Assembly (NCBI GenBank): GCA_964016885.1
Contig: OZ024744.1
Location: 73,780,001 to 73,844,000, forward strand
DNA length: 64,000 bases
Source of the DNA: Eledone cirrhosa
Lineage: Eukaryota
Direction of reading: 5' to 3'
In this document: piece by piece, positions 25,814 through 40,548 of the stretch
Numbering within the stretch: the stretch's first letter is position 1
How the letters are laid out: every line of letters starts with the position of its first letter
Made by a program: the position numbers and the translations under genes
Notes under the pieces: model-generated
Told to the model about the DNA's origin: nothing
Databases searched by the model: none
The model's input: the letters and a program-made list of their open reading frames with translations, nothing else

Positions 25814-27696
25814 ATACTTTGGGAGGGTCATGTTGCCAATAAGAAACACACGCACCAGTTGCTTTCACTTCAATTTAATTTATTAAATATTTATAAATTT
25901 ACAAATTTATAAATTTCTGGTTGGTTGGTTGGTTCCACAACCAGATAGTTGTTTATATATATATAGTCATAGTTCTTTCGTCACACACTCTGTGACCTCT
26001 TCAGTGACTGGGGATTTCTTTCTTCGTTTCTGTGCCTTTCCTTTCTTCTATCCTACGCCATTTTGTTTGTGTGTGGGTTGCGTGCTCAGTTTGCGCATGC
26101 GCCACATCCGGGTGTCTGTGTGTGTTTGTGTTCATTTTTCTATTTTTCTATTTATATTTTTCTATTTGTTTGTTTATTTATTTATTTATTGTTGGTTGGT
26201 TGTTTGTTCTATGTGTGTGTGTGTTTTCTTTTGTCTTGTGTGTGTTTTCATTTTGTGTGTGTTTTCAATTGTAAGTTGTTTGTTCTATGTGTGTGTGTGT
26301 TTTCATTTTGTCCTTAATTGTAAGTTGTGATGTTGCTGTTCCACTCATATTTTCTATTTAATTTTGGTTTTAATTCTTTTATGCTTACTGCCTCTGTAAT
26401 TTGCCTAAACATTGCGTCTTTCTTGTGTGTGGATTCTATTTTTATTTCTATGCTCTCTAATTTACCCCTGTGTTCTATCTTAGCATGTTGGTAGAGCACA
26501 GATGATTCTTTACTATCTTGGAGGTCTCGCCAGTGTTCATTTATTCGTTCCCCTATACTACGAGCTGTCTCACCTATGTACACTATATTTTTGTTTCTAC
26601 ATTGTCCTTCAGTACATCTTATGCTATATACTACATTTCTAGTTTTACAGTTAATATGGGGGCTTATTTTACAGGTTATACATTTCTTATCTATACATGA
26701 GGGTCTTTGGAACGGGTATGTCTTGCTAATAAGTGTTTTTACGGAGGTACCAGGTCTTTCTACTATCTTAATATTGAGATTATGTTTCTTTAGGGCCCTT
26801 CTAAATTTGTAGGCTAGTTCGCCTCTAGGGGTTGTATTGATGAACATTACACTCTGGTATTTATTGCTATAATACCATGAGTTTATTCTATTGGCCTTGT
26901 TCTTAGTTCTTTCTATTCTATTCCAAAATTTGCTCCTATACAAGGGGCAGGTCCCATTTATGTCATTATTTACCATTTTTTCCCATTTGGTTCTGGCTCC
27001 TTTATACACTCTGATTCTATCTCTCTGATTGTAGCCAGAGAACTGCATACGGTGGATGAAGTGTTGTATGTGTCTCTCTAGTTCTTCGGGGTTGCACATG
27101 CGGGACACATTTCTCATCACCCGTACCAAATCCGCAATCAGTATGTTGATTTTGGTATGGTCCGAAATAACATCACAACTTACAATTAAGGACAAAATGA
27201 AAACACACACACACATAGAACAAACAACTTACAATTGAAAACACACACAAAATGAAAACACACACAAGACAAAATGAAAACACACACACACATAGAACAA
27301 ACAACCAACCAACAATAAATAAATAAATAAACAAACAAATAGAAAAATATAAATAGAAAAATAGAAAAATGAACACAAACACACACAGACACCCGGATGT
27401 GGCGCATGCGCAAACTGAGCACGCAACCCACACACAAACAAAATGGCGTAGGATAGAAGAAAGGAAAGGCACAGAAACGAAGAAAGAAATCCCCAGTCAC
27501 TGAAGAGGTCACAGAGTGTGTGACGAAAGAACTATGACTATATATATATAAACAACTATCTGGTTGTGGAACCAACCAACCAACCAGAAATTTATAAATT
27601 TGTAAATTTATAAATATTTAATAAATTAAATTGAAGTGAAAGCAACTGGTGCGTGTGTTTCTTATTGGCAACATGACCCTCCCAAAGTATAACAAT
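25808..27696 (-). mobile_element. PLE family A: 3' ORF fragment (thumb/linker + GIY-YIG) between inverted pseudo-LTRs
   Basis: ORF 26314-~27168 (RMQFSGY, CIDKKCITC, NVVYSIRC, YIGETARS, EAVSI..LN); arms 25808-26333 and 27169-27696 are near-perfect inverted repeats. Confidence 0.92.
27495..27539 (+). ncRNA. Minimal type I hammerhead (mirror copy 25965-26009, minus strand)
   Basis: AGTCA-CTGAAGA-G-GTCACA GAGTG TGTGAC-GAAAG-AA-CTA-TGACT. Confidence 0.8.
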
Positions 27697-27752
27697 ATCG
27701 GTTTCAACACACGATTTCAGATAAAGAATCTTGCTAAACAAATTCAGAAACG

Positions 27753-27797
<45 letters not shown>

Positions 27798-27874
27798 TAT
27801 ATATATATATATATTTATTAAAATAACAGATTAAAGTTTAAGCAAAGAATCGCTATATATATATATATATATAT

Positions 27875-28065
27875 AAAGAAGGAAGTGTGGTAAGGAACCA
27901 GGTGGTCCAAGACCCACCAGAGTACTCAATACTTAGGGTAGTAAAGTGGGTGATAGGAATATGTTCAAGACCCCGAAGGCAGAGCTGAAGCCGTGTTGAC
28001 GGGTATTTCTGCACTCAGAAATAGCCGTCGAAATGGCTGAGCTCTGCCACCGGAGTCTTGAACAT

Positions 28066-28068
<3 letters not shown>
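27875..28068. mobile_element. PLE pseudo-LTR terminus (family D) with fold-back
   Basis: Reverse complement of the terminus at 40350-40485 and 50255-50330; imperfect hairpin centred at ~28013; flanked by (TA)n. Confidence 0.65.
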
Positions 28069-29434
<1,366 letters not shown>

Positions 29435-29874
29435 TCAGTCCCATACAAACATTAATGCTTTAATTAATGAAAAACAATCGTCGTCATTAGAAAAAAAAAA
29501 GCCTATAGCTTGTCATTTTTAGTGAATTTATGGCACAAAAATTACATATTGTAAAATTTTATTTATAATCCTAATTAACAATACAACAACAACAAAAACC
29601 AAAAAAAAAAAACGAACATGAAATAATATCTATATCCTGAAGCGGTTTTCTTTTCTATTCCGTCATTTCTGTTTTTGTTTTTTTGTTTTTACTATTGTTT
29701 AACCTTATTGCTAAAAGTTTTAAATCTTTACTTCATTCTATTTCGTTATGCCATATTTTCTATTCCTAAAAGTAAACAATGGTAGCTAGCAGAAGAAAAC
29801 AGAATCTGCAAATTATATATATTATATTATATATAATATTTTTTATATTCTTATTGGTACGCTTATGATTGTTG

Positions 29875-29995
29875 TGAAGTCGCGTGGCTTAGTGGATAGA
29901 GAGTTGGATTCGTAATCGTGAAGTTGTGAGTTCAATCTCGGACCGGGTAATGCGTTATGTCTTTGAGTAAGACACTTTATTTCACGTTGCTCCTT
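29875..29995 (+). mobile_element. tRNA-derived SINE family S2, 5' part
   Basis: GGCTTAGTGG A-box, GAGTTCAATCTC B-box, TTGAGTAAGACACTTTATTTCAC; relatives at 16060-16215(-), 17275-17420, 45900-46015(-), 47215-47310(-) and 49460-49575. Confidence 0.7.
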
Positions 29996-30154
29996 CTGCC
30001 AAGATAGTATTAGAAATGGAAAGACCAAAGGAAACATTGTTTCCTTGGTCCGATTTGACATGTTTCACTCCACCCAGTAAGTGGATGAGGCCTGGGATCT
30101 TGTCGATCGATCAGGGCGAGCGATTATCGTTGTTGTTGTTATTGTTATTATTAT

Positions 30155-30625
30155 TCCGCCGAGGTCAACTTTGCTTTTCATCCTTATCGGATAAAGTACC
30201 AGTAATGCACTGGGGTAATTGTTGGCCTTGTGCCAAAAGTAGAAACAGTTATTATTATTACAGCATATGGGCGGTGGATTGGCAGTATCGGTAGAGAGTC
30301 GGACGCCATGCTTTCCAGCATAGTTACGTCCCTTTACGGTCTGAGTTCAAATCCCGCCGAGGTTGACTTTGCCTTTCATCCTTACGGGGTCGATAAAATA
30401 AAGTACCAGTAATGCACTGGGTAATTGCTGGCATTGTGCCAAAAGTAGAAACAATTATTATTATTACAGCATGTTTTGCAACATGGAGTCGTGACACTTT
30501 TTTCTGGGTTCAAATCCCACCGAAGATAGCTTTGCCTTTCATCCTTGCAGAAACGGGGTCGATTTAATCGACTTCCTCCTCCCCCCCAAAAATTGTTGGC
30601 CTTGTGTCTAAATCAGAAACCATTA
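30155..30625 (+). mobile_element. Cluster of three head-to-tail S1 SINEs; the middle one (30268-30460) is full length
   Basis: Three consecutive cores and tails; 18-bp TSD TTATTATTATTACAGCAT at 30249-30266 and 30455-30472. Confidence 0.85.
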
Positions 30626-30639
30626 CATATTATTTTGTT

Positions 30640-33450
30640 CGTTGGTTTGTCGACCCGTATTGCATTTTGCTCCTTTAAGTGTGTTATTATTTCTATTGTT
30701 ATACAGAGTTATATATTAACCATTTGTTGCCCTTGTATAGACAAACTAACCAAGGTTTTGGGGAGCTGGTTAGTCTTTCTCTATCTGTAGCCATTAGGGG
30801 CTAAACAGGGATTTGTTTAGCAAAACACGGCCTTCAATTTAAAAAAAAGAAAAGAATCATGGTCAACGAAGACTATTTTTCTGCCGGAAAAAAGAGCCAG
30901 CAATCCACAGAACGTAACAGTGAACTTGCCGTTGGAAGAAGTACTTGGCACTGGAAGAAGTACTGCCCGATATTCCGCATATTGTAATGGCCACACTGTA
31001 TGCAGGCATTTCAGTGCTCTCATAAGCGAAAGTCTGGTCGTTAGAACACCGTGGTAACTTATTTAGGAAGAATGATGGTAAGGGTCAAGATCTCAGGGAT
31101 TTCGCTGGAGGTGAATATCTGGTGGATATTGGTCTGCATGGTCCTAGAAAGAAGCAGCACCCTCCTGAAGGTGAAAATAACCAGATGTGAAAACTGCTCT
31201 GGGATCTGTGTGGTGGTATTACTCCACATCAAACTAGATAGTATCCGCAAGATCCCAGAACTCATTCGTTTTCCAGGAGGTGCAGACCTGTAGGTTATGG
31301 TTAAAGGCAGAAGACCTCGTTGCCACCTGCGTGTGAAAACTGGTCACGTGAAAGCTTTCTGTCCTCAGCAAAAGACAGACACAGGGTCTCTTTGCTACGA
31401 ACAGTGAACAACAAGAGCAGTGACATCAACTCGAGTAGCAGCAGCAGCAAAATCAACAACAGCAGCAGAAGCACCATCATAACCACAAACAACAGACAAA
31501 TTGAAATACACCCAGGGCTCTCCAAATGAGGCTCTTTCTCTCCCTTTCTTCCCCTCTCTATTCGTCTCTCCCAAACACAAAACACGCATAGACACAAATA
31601 TAAACTCACTTTGACCTATATCAGAGACAAATTTTGTGGACACCGATACATCCTCCTCTCGAAATGAAGATGAGTGGGAACCCTCAAAACGCCAAAACAA
31701 AAATGAAAATACACACAAAAAATTCTTCTTGCCTCACGCCAACATACACATCAGAAAACATATAAAACCAGTCCGCAACAAATACAGACACATCTACAAC
31801 AACATGAAACCCTCCAACACCATAACGGTCAATGGAATCACCACTACCACCACAAGCACTGACAACAGTACCACAACCATAACTACCCTCAAAAAGAAAA
31901 CACGTGCATCAACTACAACCAACCCTACTGACACCAATCTTCGTTCTAGTGAGGAATCCATAACCCTCATAGCACGAAGTAAAGATATTGAGATAGACGG
32001 GAGTTTTCGGCACCAACACGTTAACAATATCACAAAACATTAAAGCTAGTTCGAATTTCCCATGACCCATGAAATATACATAGACTTTAAGGAGAGCTTG
32101 CCTCATGATGTGGGAATCTCTAACGTAAAAGCCACGAATAGGCTCTTAAAAGGGTTCCATTAGTGGGTAAATAACTCCTCTCCCATTTCCTCTCATCTCT
32201 TTACGGCCAGCATAGTGATTTTAATAGTAGTTTGCATAAATGTACGTGTTTGAGGTCGTCAACGAGACTAGGATTACCGACGCAGACACTGTAGACAGGT
32301 GGCCACATATGCCCCAACTGGGGCAGGATTTCTTCAGGCGTTTGGAAGTCTTTCTAGGAATGTCCTTACTATTAGTGGGTTGGGAGCTGGAACAGCATCT
32401 TAGACGCACGCTTGGACTGTGGGAGCAGCTGATAACAATCGACCGGTTTCAGCTTTCCGACAAGTAACGACTAGATTTCTCGAAGGCGCCAGTCACATAG
32501 GGTCATATATATCTTTTTCATATAGGGATTTCATTGGGTTAGTAGATAGGGATAAACTAGGGTGTCTACAATTTTAAAGCTTGGCCTATTCAGAACACAA
32601 ATTCGTGATCTGCATGGTTGACCTAGATTGAACACATAGGTAAGGACCTGGTTGCTGAAAGGTTGACGCGTTGTTCCCGGTGCGTATAACCTACAGCGCC
32701 CCGATTACTAAATTAATTAGGTACCAGTTGACAGGGGTAGTCATCAAAGTCTGATTGAGGGGCGCTCTTAAGAGAGCGATTAGTGTAGAGATCAATAGCA
32801 TTCACTAAAGAAGCGTTAGAAAAAAGTAGAATGCAGAGGGATTTAGTAGCTAAATTAAAAAAGGCGATTAGAAGTGACGTGCTAGCAGCGAGTAAGCCAC
32901 TGGACCATTTCTTTAATATGAAACATAAAGGTTATATGCTCAGAAATACCTGGCTTGGCAGTGCTTCCGGTTCGAGACAGATTCTACAGAGGCACGGAAT
33001 TGCTGTCAAACGATGAAACCATTCTGCACATTCATTTAGTGTCTAAGCATTGCTGACCTGTGGAGTTGTATTGAACAACTATCATAGCGTTTAGGATGGA
33101 TCCAGCTATCGACCGAGACTATAGTGAAGATCATCCCTCCGCCATCTTCTTTTTTCCGGGATAGTCAAGCAGTTTTCCTCTGCCTGGTGGCTGTAGCGAA
33201 AGAGTTTGTGTGATGGTGGAGGCTGAAAGGAATGAAGATAGATAATTTCCTCTTCTGCCAAGCCCTGAACAACTTTGTCAAGTTTCGCTTGGCAAGGAAG
33301 ATGAGGTGGGGGAAAGGGAAGTGCTTCCCCACCTCTAGTACATTTGTTAAAAGGTGGGTAAATGTAGCGAGGATGGCCCGAATGAATGGACCTACTCTGA
33401 CCATGCGCCTGTAGGATGGATAGTTTCGAGAAGAGAGAGGCACTTTCCTA
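30640..33450 (+). pseudogene. Old, internally deleted Tx1-like element (ORF1 + APE remnant + C-terminus; RT absent)
   Basis: VMVKGRRPRC (~31295) matches VIVEGRRPRC; 32290-32940 is colinear with 9330-10040; MARMNGPTLTMRL* matches MVRVNGPTLSIYL*. Confidence 0.8.
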
Positions 33451-33484
33451 TGGGGTACTTGGAGATTAGGGTGTATTAGTAGAT

Positions 33485-33820
33485 GTGAAGGTGCATGGCT
33501 TAGTGGTGAGAACATTGCGCTTGCAATTGAAAGGTTGTGAGTTCGAATCTCGGAGCTGGTGATGAGTAGTGTCCTTGAACAAGACACTTTATTTAACGTT
33601 CCTTCAGTTTACTCAGCTCTTGAAATGAGTTGCGACGTCACTGGTGCTAAGGTGTATAGGCCATTGCCTTTCCCTTGGATATCATCGGTGGCGCGGAGTG
33701 GGGAGGCTGGTATGAATGGGCGATTGCTGGTCATCCACAAACAGCCTTGTCTGGACTTGTGATTCGGAGAGAAACTTTCTAGGTGCAAATCACATGGTGA
33801 TTCGTGACCGACGGGAGTCT
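33485..33820 (+). mobile_element. SINE S2, near full length
   Basis: GGCTTAGTGG...GAGTTCGAATCTC...GTGTCCTTGAACAAGACACTTTA. Confidence 0.75.
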
Positions 33821-33873
33821 TCGAGTACTAGTAGTAGTAGTATCAGCAGTAGGATAAGCAGTAGCAGCAACTA

Positions 33874-33922
<49 letters not shown>

Positions 33923-34377
33923 TGTTGTAGTAGTTAGTGGTAGTAGTAGTAGTGATAGGTTTTGTGGTTAAAGCCCCTGTTGATGTAAATGGTATAGCAT
34001 GGTATGGTATTGGTTTTGTATAAGCTGGAGATATAGTTGTGGGTTGGTAGATTTAGTGTTGTTTGTGTTACTGCTGTTCTTGCAGCTGTTATTACGAGTG
34101 ACATTATAGACGTTAATGTTGCTACTGGTGCTGTTGCTGTTGTTGCTGTTGTTCTTGTCGCTGATGTTGCTGATGATGTCATTAGTGATTTAATAGATTT
34201 CAAATAACTGTAATAAAATAATAAAACAAATATACATAGAAGAAAACACCACCACCGCCACCACCGCCACCAGCACCAAGATCACCTGCACCATACCCAT
34301 AAACACGACCACCATTATCAACACCACCAAACCCATCACCTCCACCCCCACTACCATCGCCACCATCACCACCACCA

Positions 34378-34655
34378 CAACTATAACAGTAACACTGTAA
34401 CAACAACAACAACAACAACAACACTAATAACAGTAACAACAACTATAACAGTAACACTGTAACAACAACAACAATAACAACAACACTAATAACAGTAACA
34501 ACAACTATAACAGTAACACTGTAACAACAACAATAACAACAACAACACTAATAACAGTAACGACACCTACAGCAGTAACACTGTAACAACAACAACAACA
34601 ATAACAACAAAAACAACACTAATAACAGCAACAACAACTATAGCAGTAACACTGT

Positions 34656-34686
<31 letters not shown>

Positions 34687-34794
34687 CTAATAACAGTAAC
34701 AACAACTATAACAGTAACACTGTAACAACATCAACAACAACAACAATAACAACAACACTAATAACAGTAACAACAACTATAACAGTAACACTGT

Positions 34795-34825
<31 letters not shown>

Positions 34826-35125
34826 CTAATAACAGTAACAACAACTATAACAGTAACACTGTAACAACAACAATAACAACACTAATAACAGTAACAACAA
34901 CTATAACAGTAACACTGTAACACCATCAACAACAACAACAATAACAACAACACTAATAACAGTAACAACAACTATAACAGTAACACTGTAACAACAACAA
35001 CAACATCAACACTAATAACAGTAACAACAACTATAACAGTAACACTGTAACAACAACAACAACAACAACAACAATAACAACAACAACACTAATAACAGTA
35101 ACAACAACTATAGCAGTTACACTGT

Positions 35126-35156
<31 letters not shown>

Positions 35157-35559
35157 CTAATAACAGTAACAACAACTATAACAGTAACACTGTAACAACA
35201 ACAACAACAACAACAACACTAATAACAGTAACAACAACTATAACAGTAACACTGTAACAACAACAACAACAACAACAACACTAATAACAGTAACAACAAC
35301 TACAACAGTAACACTGTAACGACAAGAATAACAACAACAACACTAATAACAGTAACAACAACTATAACAGTAACACTGTAACAACAACAACAACAACAAC
35401 ACTAATAACAGTAACAACAACTATAACAGTAACACTGTAACAACAACAACAACAACAACAACACTAATAACAGTAACAACAACTATAGCAGTAACACTGT
35501 AACAACAACAACAACAACAACACTAATAACAGTAACAACAACTATAGCAGTAACACTGT

Positions 35560-35593
<34 letters not shown>

Positions 35594-35705
35594 CTAATAA
35601 CAGTAACAACAACTATAGCAGTAACACTGTAACAACAACAACAACAACAACAACAACACTAATAACAGTAACAACAACTATAACAGTAACACTGTAACAA
35701 CAACA
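34378..35705. repeat. Minisatellite, ~55-75 bp unit: AACTATAACAGTAACACTGT-(AAC)n-ACTAATAACAGTAACAAC
   Basis: About 20 tandem units with variable internal (AAC)n. Confidence 0.95.
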
Positions 35706-35761
35706 ATACTAGTTACAACAACTATAAAAACAGTAATCCAGTAACAACAACAATAAACAGT

Positions 35762-35778
35762 AAGAAGAAGAAGAAGAA

Positions 35779-35809
<31 letters not shown>

Positions 35810-37790
35810 AAGAAGAAGAAGAAGAAGAAGAAGAAGAAGAAGATGAAGAAGAAGAAGAAGAAGAAGAAGAAGAAGAAGAAGATGAAGAAGAAGAAGAAGA
35901 AGAAGAAGAAGAAGAAGAAGAAGAAGAAGAAGAAGAAGCAGATGAAGCAGAAGAATAATAAGAAGAAGACAAAGAAGAAGTAGGTGAAGAAGAAGCAGAT
36001 TATTCAGAAGAAGAAGAAGAGGCAGAAGAGAAGCAGAAGAGGATGGGAGGAAGTAGAAGAGATGTATTAAGGAGGAGAAAGAATATATAATAGTAACAAC
36101 AACAACAACAACATATAGATTAATAAATGACCCAAAATGTCTAACAACATAAATGAAACAACCCACAAAGCATATAACTACTATAACTACCACCATTACC
36201 AAAACCACGAACCCAATCATGGCCGCCACTACCATCACCATCACTACCATCTAAAACCACTAATACCACTAATATCAAAACAACCTACACCGGCACCAAC
36301 ACTAAAACCACCACCACCACCACCACCACCGCCACCACCATCATTAGCACTACTATCCCTACCACCACCATCACCACCACCACCATTACAAATACTATCA
36401 CTATCACGACCACCATTACAACTAATATCACCATAACCACCAACCCTACCACTCCTACCACTACTGTCACTATCAATATCATAACCATCACCAGCACCAG
36501 CACCAGCCCCAGCACCAGCACCACCACCAGCACCACCACCACCACCATTACCACCACTACCATCACCACCACCACCACCACCACCACAACCACCACAACC
36601 ACAGCAACTACAACAACTACAACCACCACCACCACCACCACCACCACCACCTCTGCAACCACCACTGCCACCACCACCATTGCTTCTACTATTACTATCA
36701 ATAACGTAACCATCACAACCACCACCACCACCACTACCACAACCACAGCAACCACAACAACTACCACCACCACCACCTCCAACCACAAACAACCAAGCAG
36801 CAGCTACCCCCACCCACACGCGCACACCTCCATCACATATCCCCCCCCACCCCAACCTCTCACCCTAACCTCACATCCGTCTCCTATGACACCTAACTGT
36901 TCTATAAGTTACTTAGAAGTGTCACCCAAACGGCTTGTCCGGAATCAGAAACCTAACATTGGTTGTAAAGCCAGACCGGACAGTTGTAGTTTATTATTTC
37001 TTTCATTTAGTCATTTCCGGGGAAGAAAACTTAATGGCTTCGTCTTCCTATATATTGATACGTCAACGTGACAGCCATCAGAAGAAAAACTGAATCCAGA
37101 TTTTCTTTTCTCTGTGTTCCGCCGCCATTGACAAAACAAAAACAAACAAACAAACATACAAACAAAACAAAACAAACAAAAAAGAAAGAAACAAAAAATA
37201 TCCCAAACAATTTTTTTTTTTTTTGCTGTTACGTATATCCAACCCTCATAACCTCACCCACTACAACTACCACAACTACGACACCTCCACCACTATCGCC
37301 ACAATTATCACCACTCACCAACACCACCACCACCACCACCATCACTATCACTATCACTATCACCACCACTACCGCTACCACCATCACCACCAGCATCACT
37401 ATCGCTATCACTACCATCACCAACACCAACACCAGCCAGCAGCACCACCACCACCACCACCAACGCCACCATCACCTCCATCACTATCACTATCACCACC
37501 ACCGTCATCACTATCACCTCCACCACCACCACCACCACCACCGCCACCAACACCACCACTGCCATCACTATCACCACCACCAACAACAACAACACCCCCA
37601 CCACTACCACCAGAACCAACACCACCCCTACTTACTTCCACCACTATTTCACCACCACCATCAAAACAACAACCAAAGCTACAACCACTATAACTACCAA
37701 ACCATCCAAAGACCAGCATCTCTCATGACCAGCATCACCAGCACCACAAACCACTACCCCCAACCGAGCACCACCATCTCCACCACCAAA
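35762..37790. repeat. (GAA)n and degenerate (CCA)n low-complexity tracts
   Basis: (GAA)n 35762-36060; (CCA/ACC)n 36180-36800 and 37250-37790. Confidence 0.9.
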
Positions 37791-37820
37791 GAAGAGTGCT
37801 CTATATATAGTACAGAGTTA

Positions 37821-38010
37821 TTTTTTATTCACATAATAAACAACACAATATAATTATTCCATTACAAAAGGTTTCAAGAATCTATAGACGATCCTTACAG
37901 AAACGGCTAGCACGTTCCTGATAGACGTCTCTGTTAGAATTGTCTGACTTCTTGAAACCTTTGGTAATGGAATAATTATATTGTGTTGTTTATTATGTGA
38001 ATTAAAAAAA
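37821..38010. repeat. Fold-back inverted repeat, ~60-bp arms
   Basis: 37821-37880 is complementary to 37948-38010; the right arm holds GAAACCTTTGGTA (hammerhead 3'-half-like). Confidence 0.8.
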
Positions 38011-38068
38011 TACACACACACACCATCATATATAACGTGTGTGTGTGTATGTGTGTGCGCGTGCTTGC

Positions 38069-38104
<36 letters not shown>

Positions 38105-39092
38105 TATATTATATTTTGAGAATAAACTCTCAGTCGTTTACAATAATTAAGCTCCAGGAAAAGGGGCTTCTCCGAGCAGTTAAATACATTAAAATATATG
38201 ATAAACACGAAACGCGTTTACATTGCAACAGACAAAGTTAGCCATTAATGAAATAAACTAATTAAAGTGAATACAATTTGTCTGTCTCGATATAAGTCAA
38301 TAAAGACAAGCTTATATTGGCAACGGCCATGATTCCTGGATAGATTTAAATTTCAAAATCCAAACCCGTTCCGTAGACGAATTTGAACCTCGAAACCTAA
38401 ATCCGTTTCGCAACGGATATATATATATAAACGAAAAAAATGAAACGAAATTTCATTTCTTACACTTAGTATGTGGGGGTGGATGTGATGATAAGATGGT
38501 GGTTATGGTCGCTTACTGGGATGGGCTGTGGTGTGAGGTTAGTGGGTGTCGGTAGACGGGTTGGCGTGTGTGGGGTGTGGTTGGGGTGTTGTTGTTTATG
38601 GTAGTGGCGTTTGTGGTGGTGTGGTGGATGTGTTGGTAGTGTCGCGTCCTTACGGAGATACATAGCTAGACGCTCTTCGTCTGACAAATACGTTGTATAT
38701 ATATATATATATAAACACATACACACATATATGTATACATGCGCACATATATTGACATATATACACACGAACACACCCATATACACACACACACCCGCGC
38801 CCACACATATCTACAAACACATATCTACAAACACATATCTACAAACACATATACGCACCCATATGCATATATACACACATGTATGTGCATGCGCGCGTGC
38901 GGACACATATAGGGACAGTGGAGGAGTATCTGTGGGGGTGGCGTAGGACAAAGATGGAGGGAAGGTGAGAGCCAATGGAGATGGTGTTATACATATAGAC
39001 ATATACATACATACACTCAAACACACATACGGATATGCGCATATACACGCACACACACACGTATACATAAACATACACATACACACACACAG

Positions 39093-39125
<33 letters not shown>

Positions 39126-39310
39126 TACACATACACATACATGCACATATACGCACACATATACACACACACACATATATATATATACATATATATATAT
39201 AAATCTATATATATGTATACACACACATATATGCATGCACGCGCGCATATTTATACGCCCGTAGATGTAAAAATACTTACACACAGACACACTCTTGCGT
39301 TGGTTGAAGA

Positions 39311-39610
39311 GGGGAGGTATGTGTTGGCGGTGTTGATGAAGTATGGAGTTGTGTCTTGTGGTGGTGGTGGTGTTGTGAGCGATACAAATATACAGGATCG
39401 AATAGTGCGATGGGTTACAGGTTAAAAGTTGACATAGGGAACGCGGGGGAGTTTATGGACGTATAGCGATGTGCGTTCCCTATGTCACTTTTTAACCTGT
39501 AACCAATCGCACTATTCGATCCTGTATATTTTTGTCACTCACAACTCCACCACCACCACCACAAGACACAACTCCATACTTCATCAACACCGCCAACACA
39601 TACCTACCCT
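39311..39610. repeat. Fold-back inverted repeat, ~135-bp arms
   Basis: 39311-39444 is complementary to 39473-39610. Confidence 0.85.
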
Positions 39611-40296
39611 ACAGGCCAGTACATCCCTTTGATCCTTCCCACCAATCAAAACAACTCATTTTGTCAAACCCTTGAAATTCTGACTTTACCACATAGCATG
39701 TATTTCATTTTCTTATAGCATTTTAAAAGGGTTCGTCGAGCTGCCGATTATTGAGTCGGGTAGGATCGATACAGATCGAACCTTTAGCTGATCAGTGGCG
39801 AAACGCGCGTCACCTATCAATAAATGCAATGAAGGAGTAATCAATCGTCCTTGTTATCCTTACGGTTGTTTACTTATACCTATTAAAAGGGTCTCTTTAT
39901 AATTCCGTCCCACCTAGTAAACCTTTCTTTAGTCTAGCAGTACCAGTGAGAGACTTGATAGCTGTCCTTAGGTTATAGTAACCAGAAATTGTTTTTTTCT
40001 TTACACTTAATCGTTTTTTAACACTCCCGGTATTTTTTCTATATATTTACCCCATATTGTTTTACTTATTGTTTCGACTGCCCCCCCCCCCCCCTAGTAT
40101 CTTCTTTGACCTCCTGCCCAGCCGTAGTTGGCACTATCAACGCACGACTGGGTTTCTTCCACCCCTCTCCGTCTTTCTTCTACTGGCAGGTTCAGCTACC
40201 CCTTCCCTCCACAAATTGCCATGATAGAATTATTATGTCTCAACAACAAACTTTTGACCAATCCTTGTGACAATCACTTTTACCATATATGGAATT

Positions 40297-40483
40297 ACCC
40301 CCTGAGAAGCTCGGCTATTCAAATACCAGGATAAACATTTTCATTTAGTCCAGAATTAGCCGTCGAAACAGCTTGAGCTCAGCCTTCGGGGTCCTACTCG
40401 TTCCTATTATCCACTCTACTACCCTAAGTATTGAGTACTTTGGTGCGTTATGGTCCACCTGGTTCCTTACCACATTTCCTTCG

Positions 40484-40485
<2 letters not shown>
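40297..40485 (+). mobile_element. PLE family D pseudo-LTR end with decayed hammerhead
   Basis: ACCCC-CTGAGAAG..CGGCTATTC...GAATTAGCCGTC-GAAAC...TC-GGGGT; terminus CCTGGTTCCTTACCACATTTCCTTCGT-(TA)n. Confidence 0.6.

Positions 40486-40548
<63 letters not shown>

Noticed and set aside
25808-27696. DNA transposon with long TIRs
   Set aside because: The internal ORF is a PLE linker plus GIY-YIG, and the arms are pseudo-LTRs with hammerheads
30268-30360. tRNA gene
   Set aside because: A and B boxes belong to a multi-copy SINE head; no complete cloverleaf
34378-35705. CRISPR-like repeat-spacer array
   Set aside because: The spacers are just (AAC)n, the context is eukaryotic and there are no cas genes
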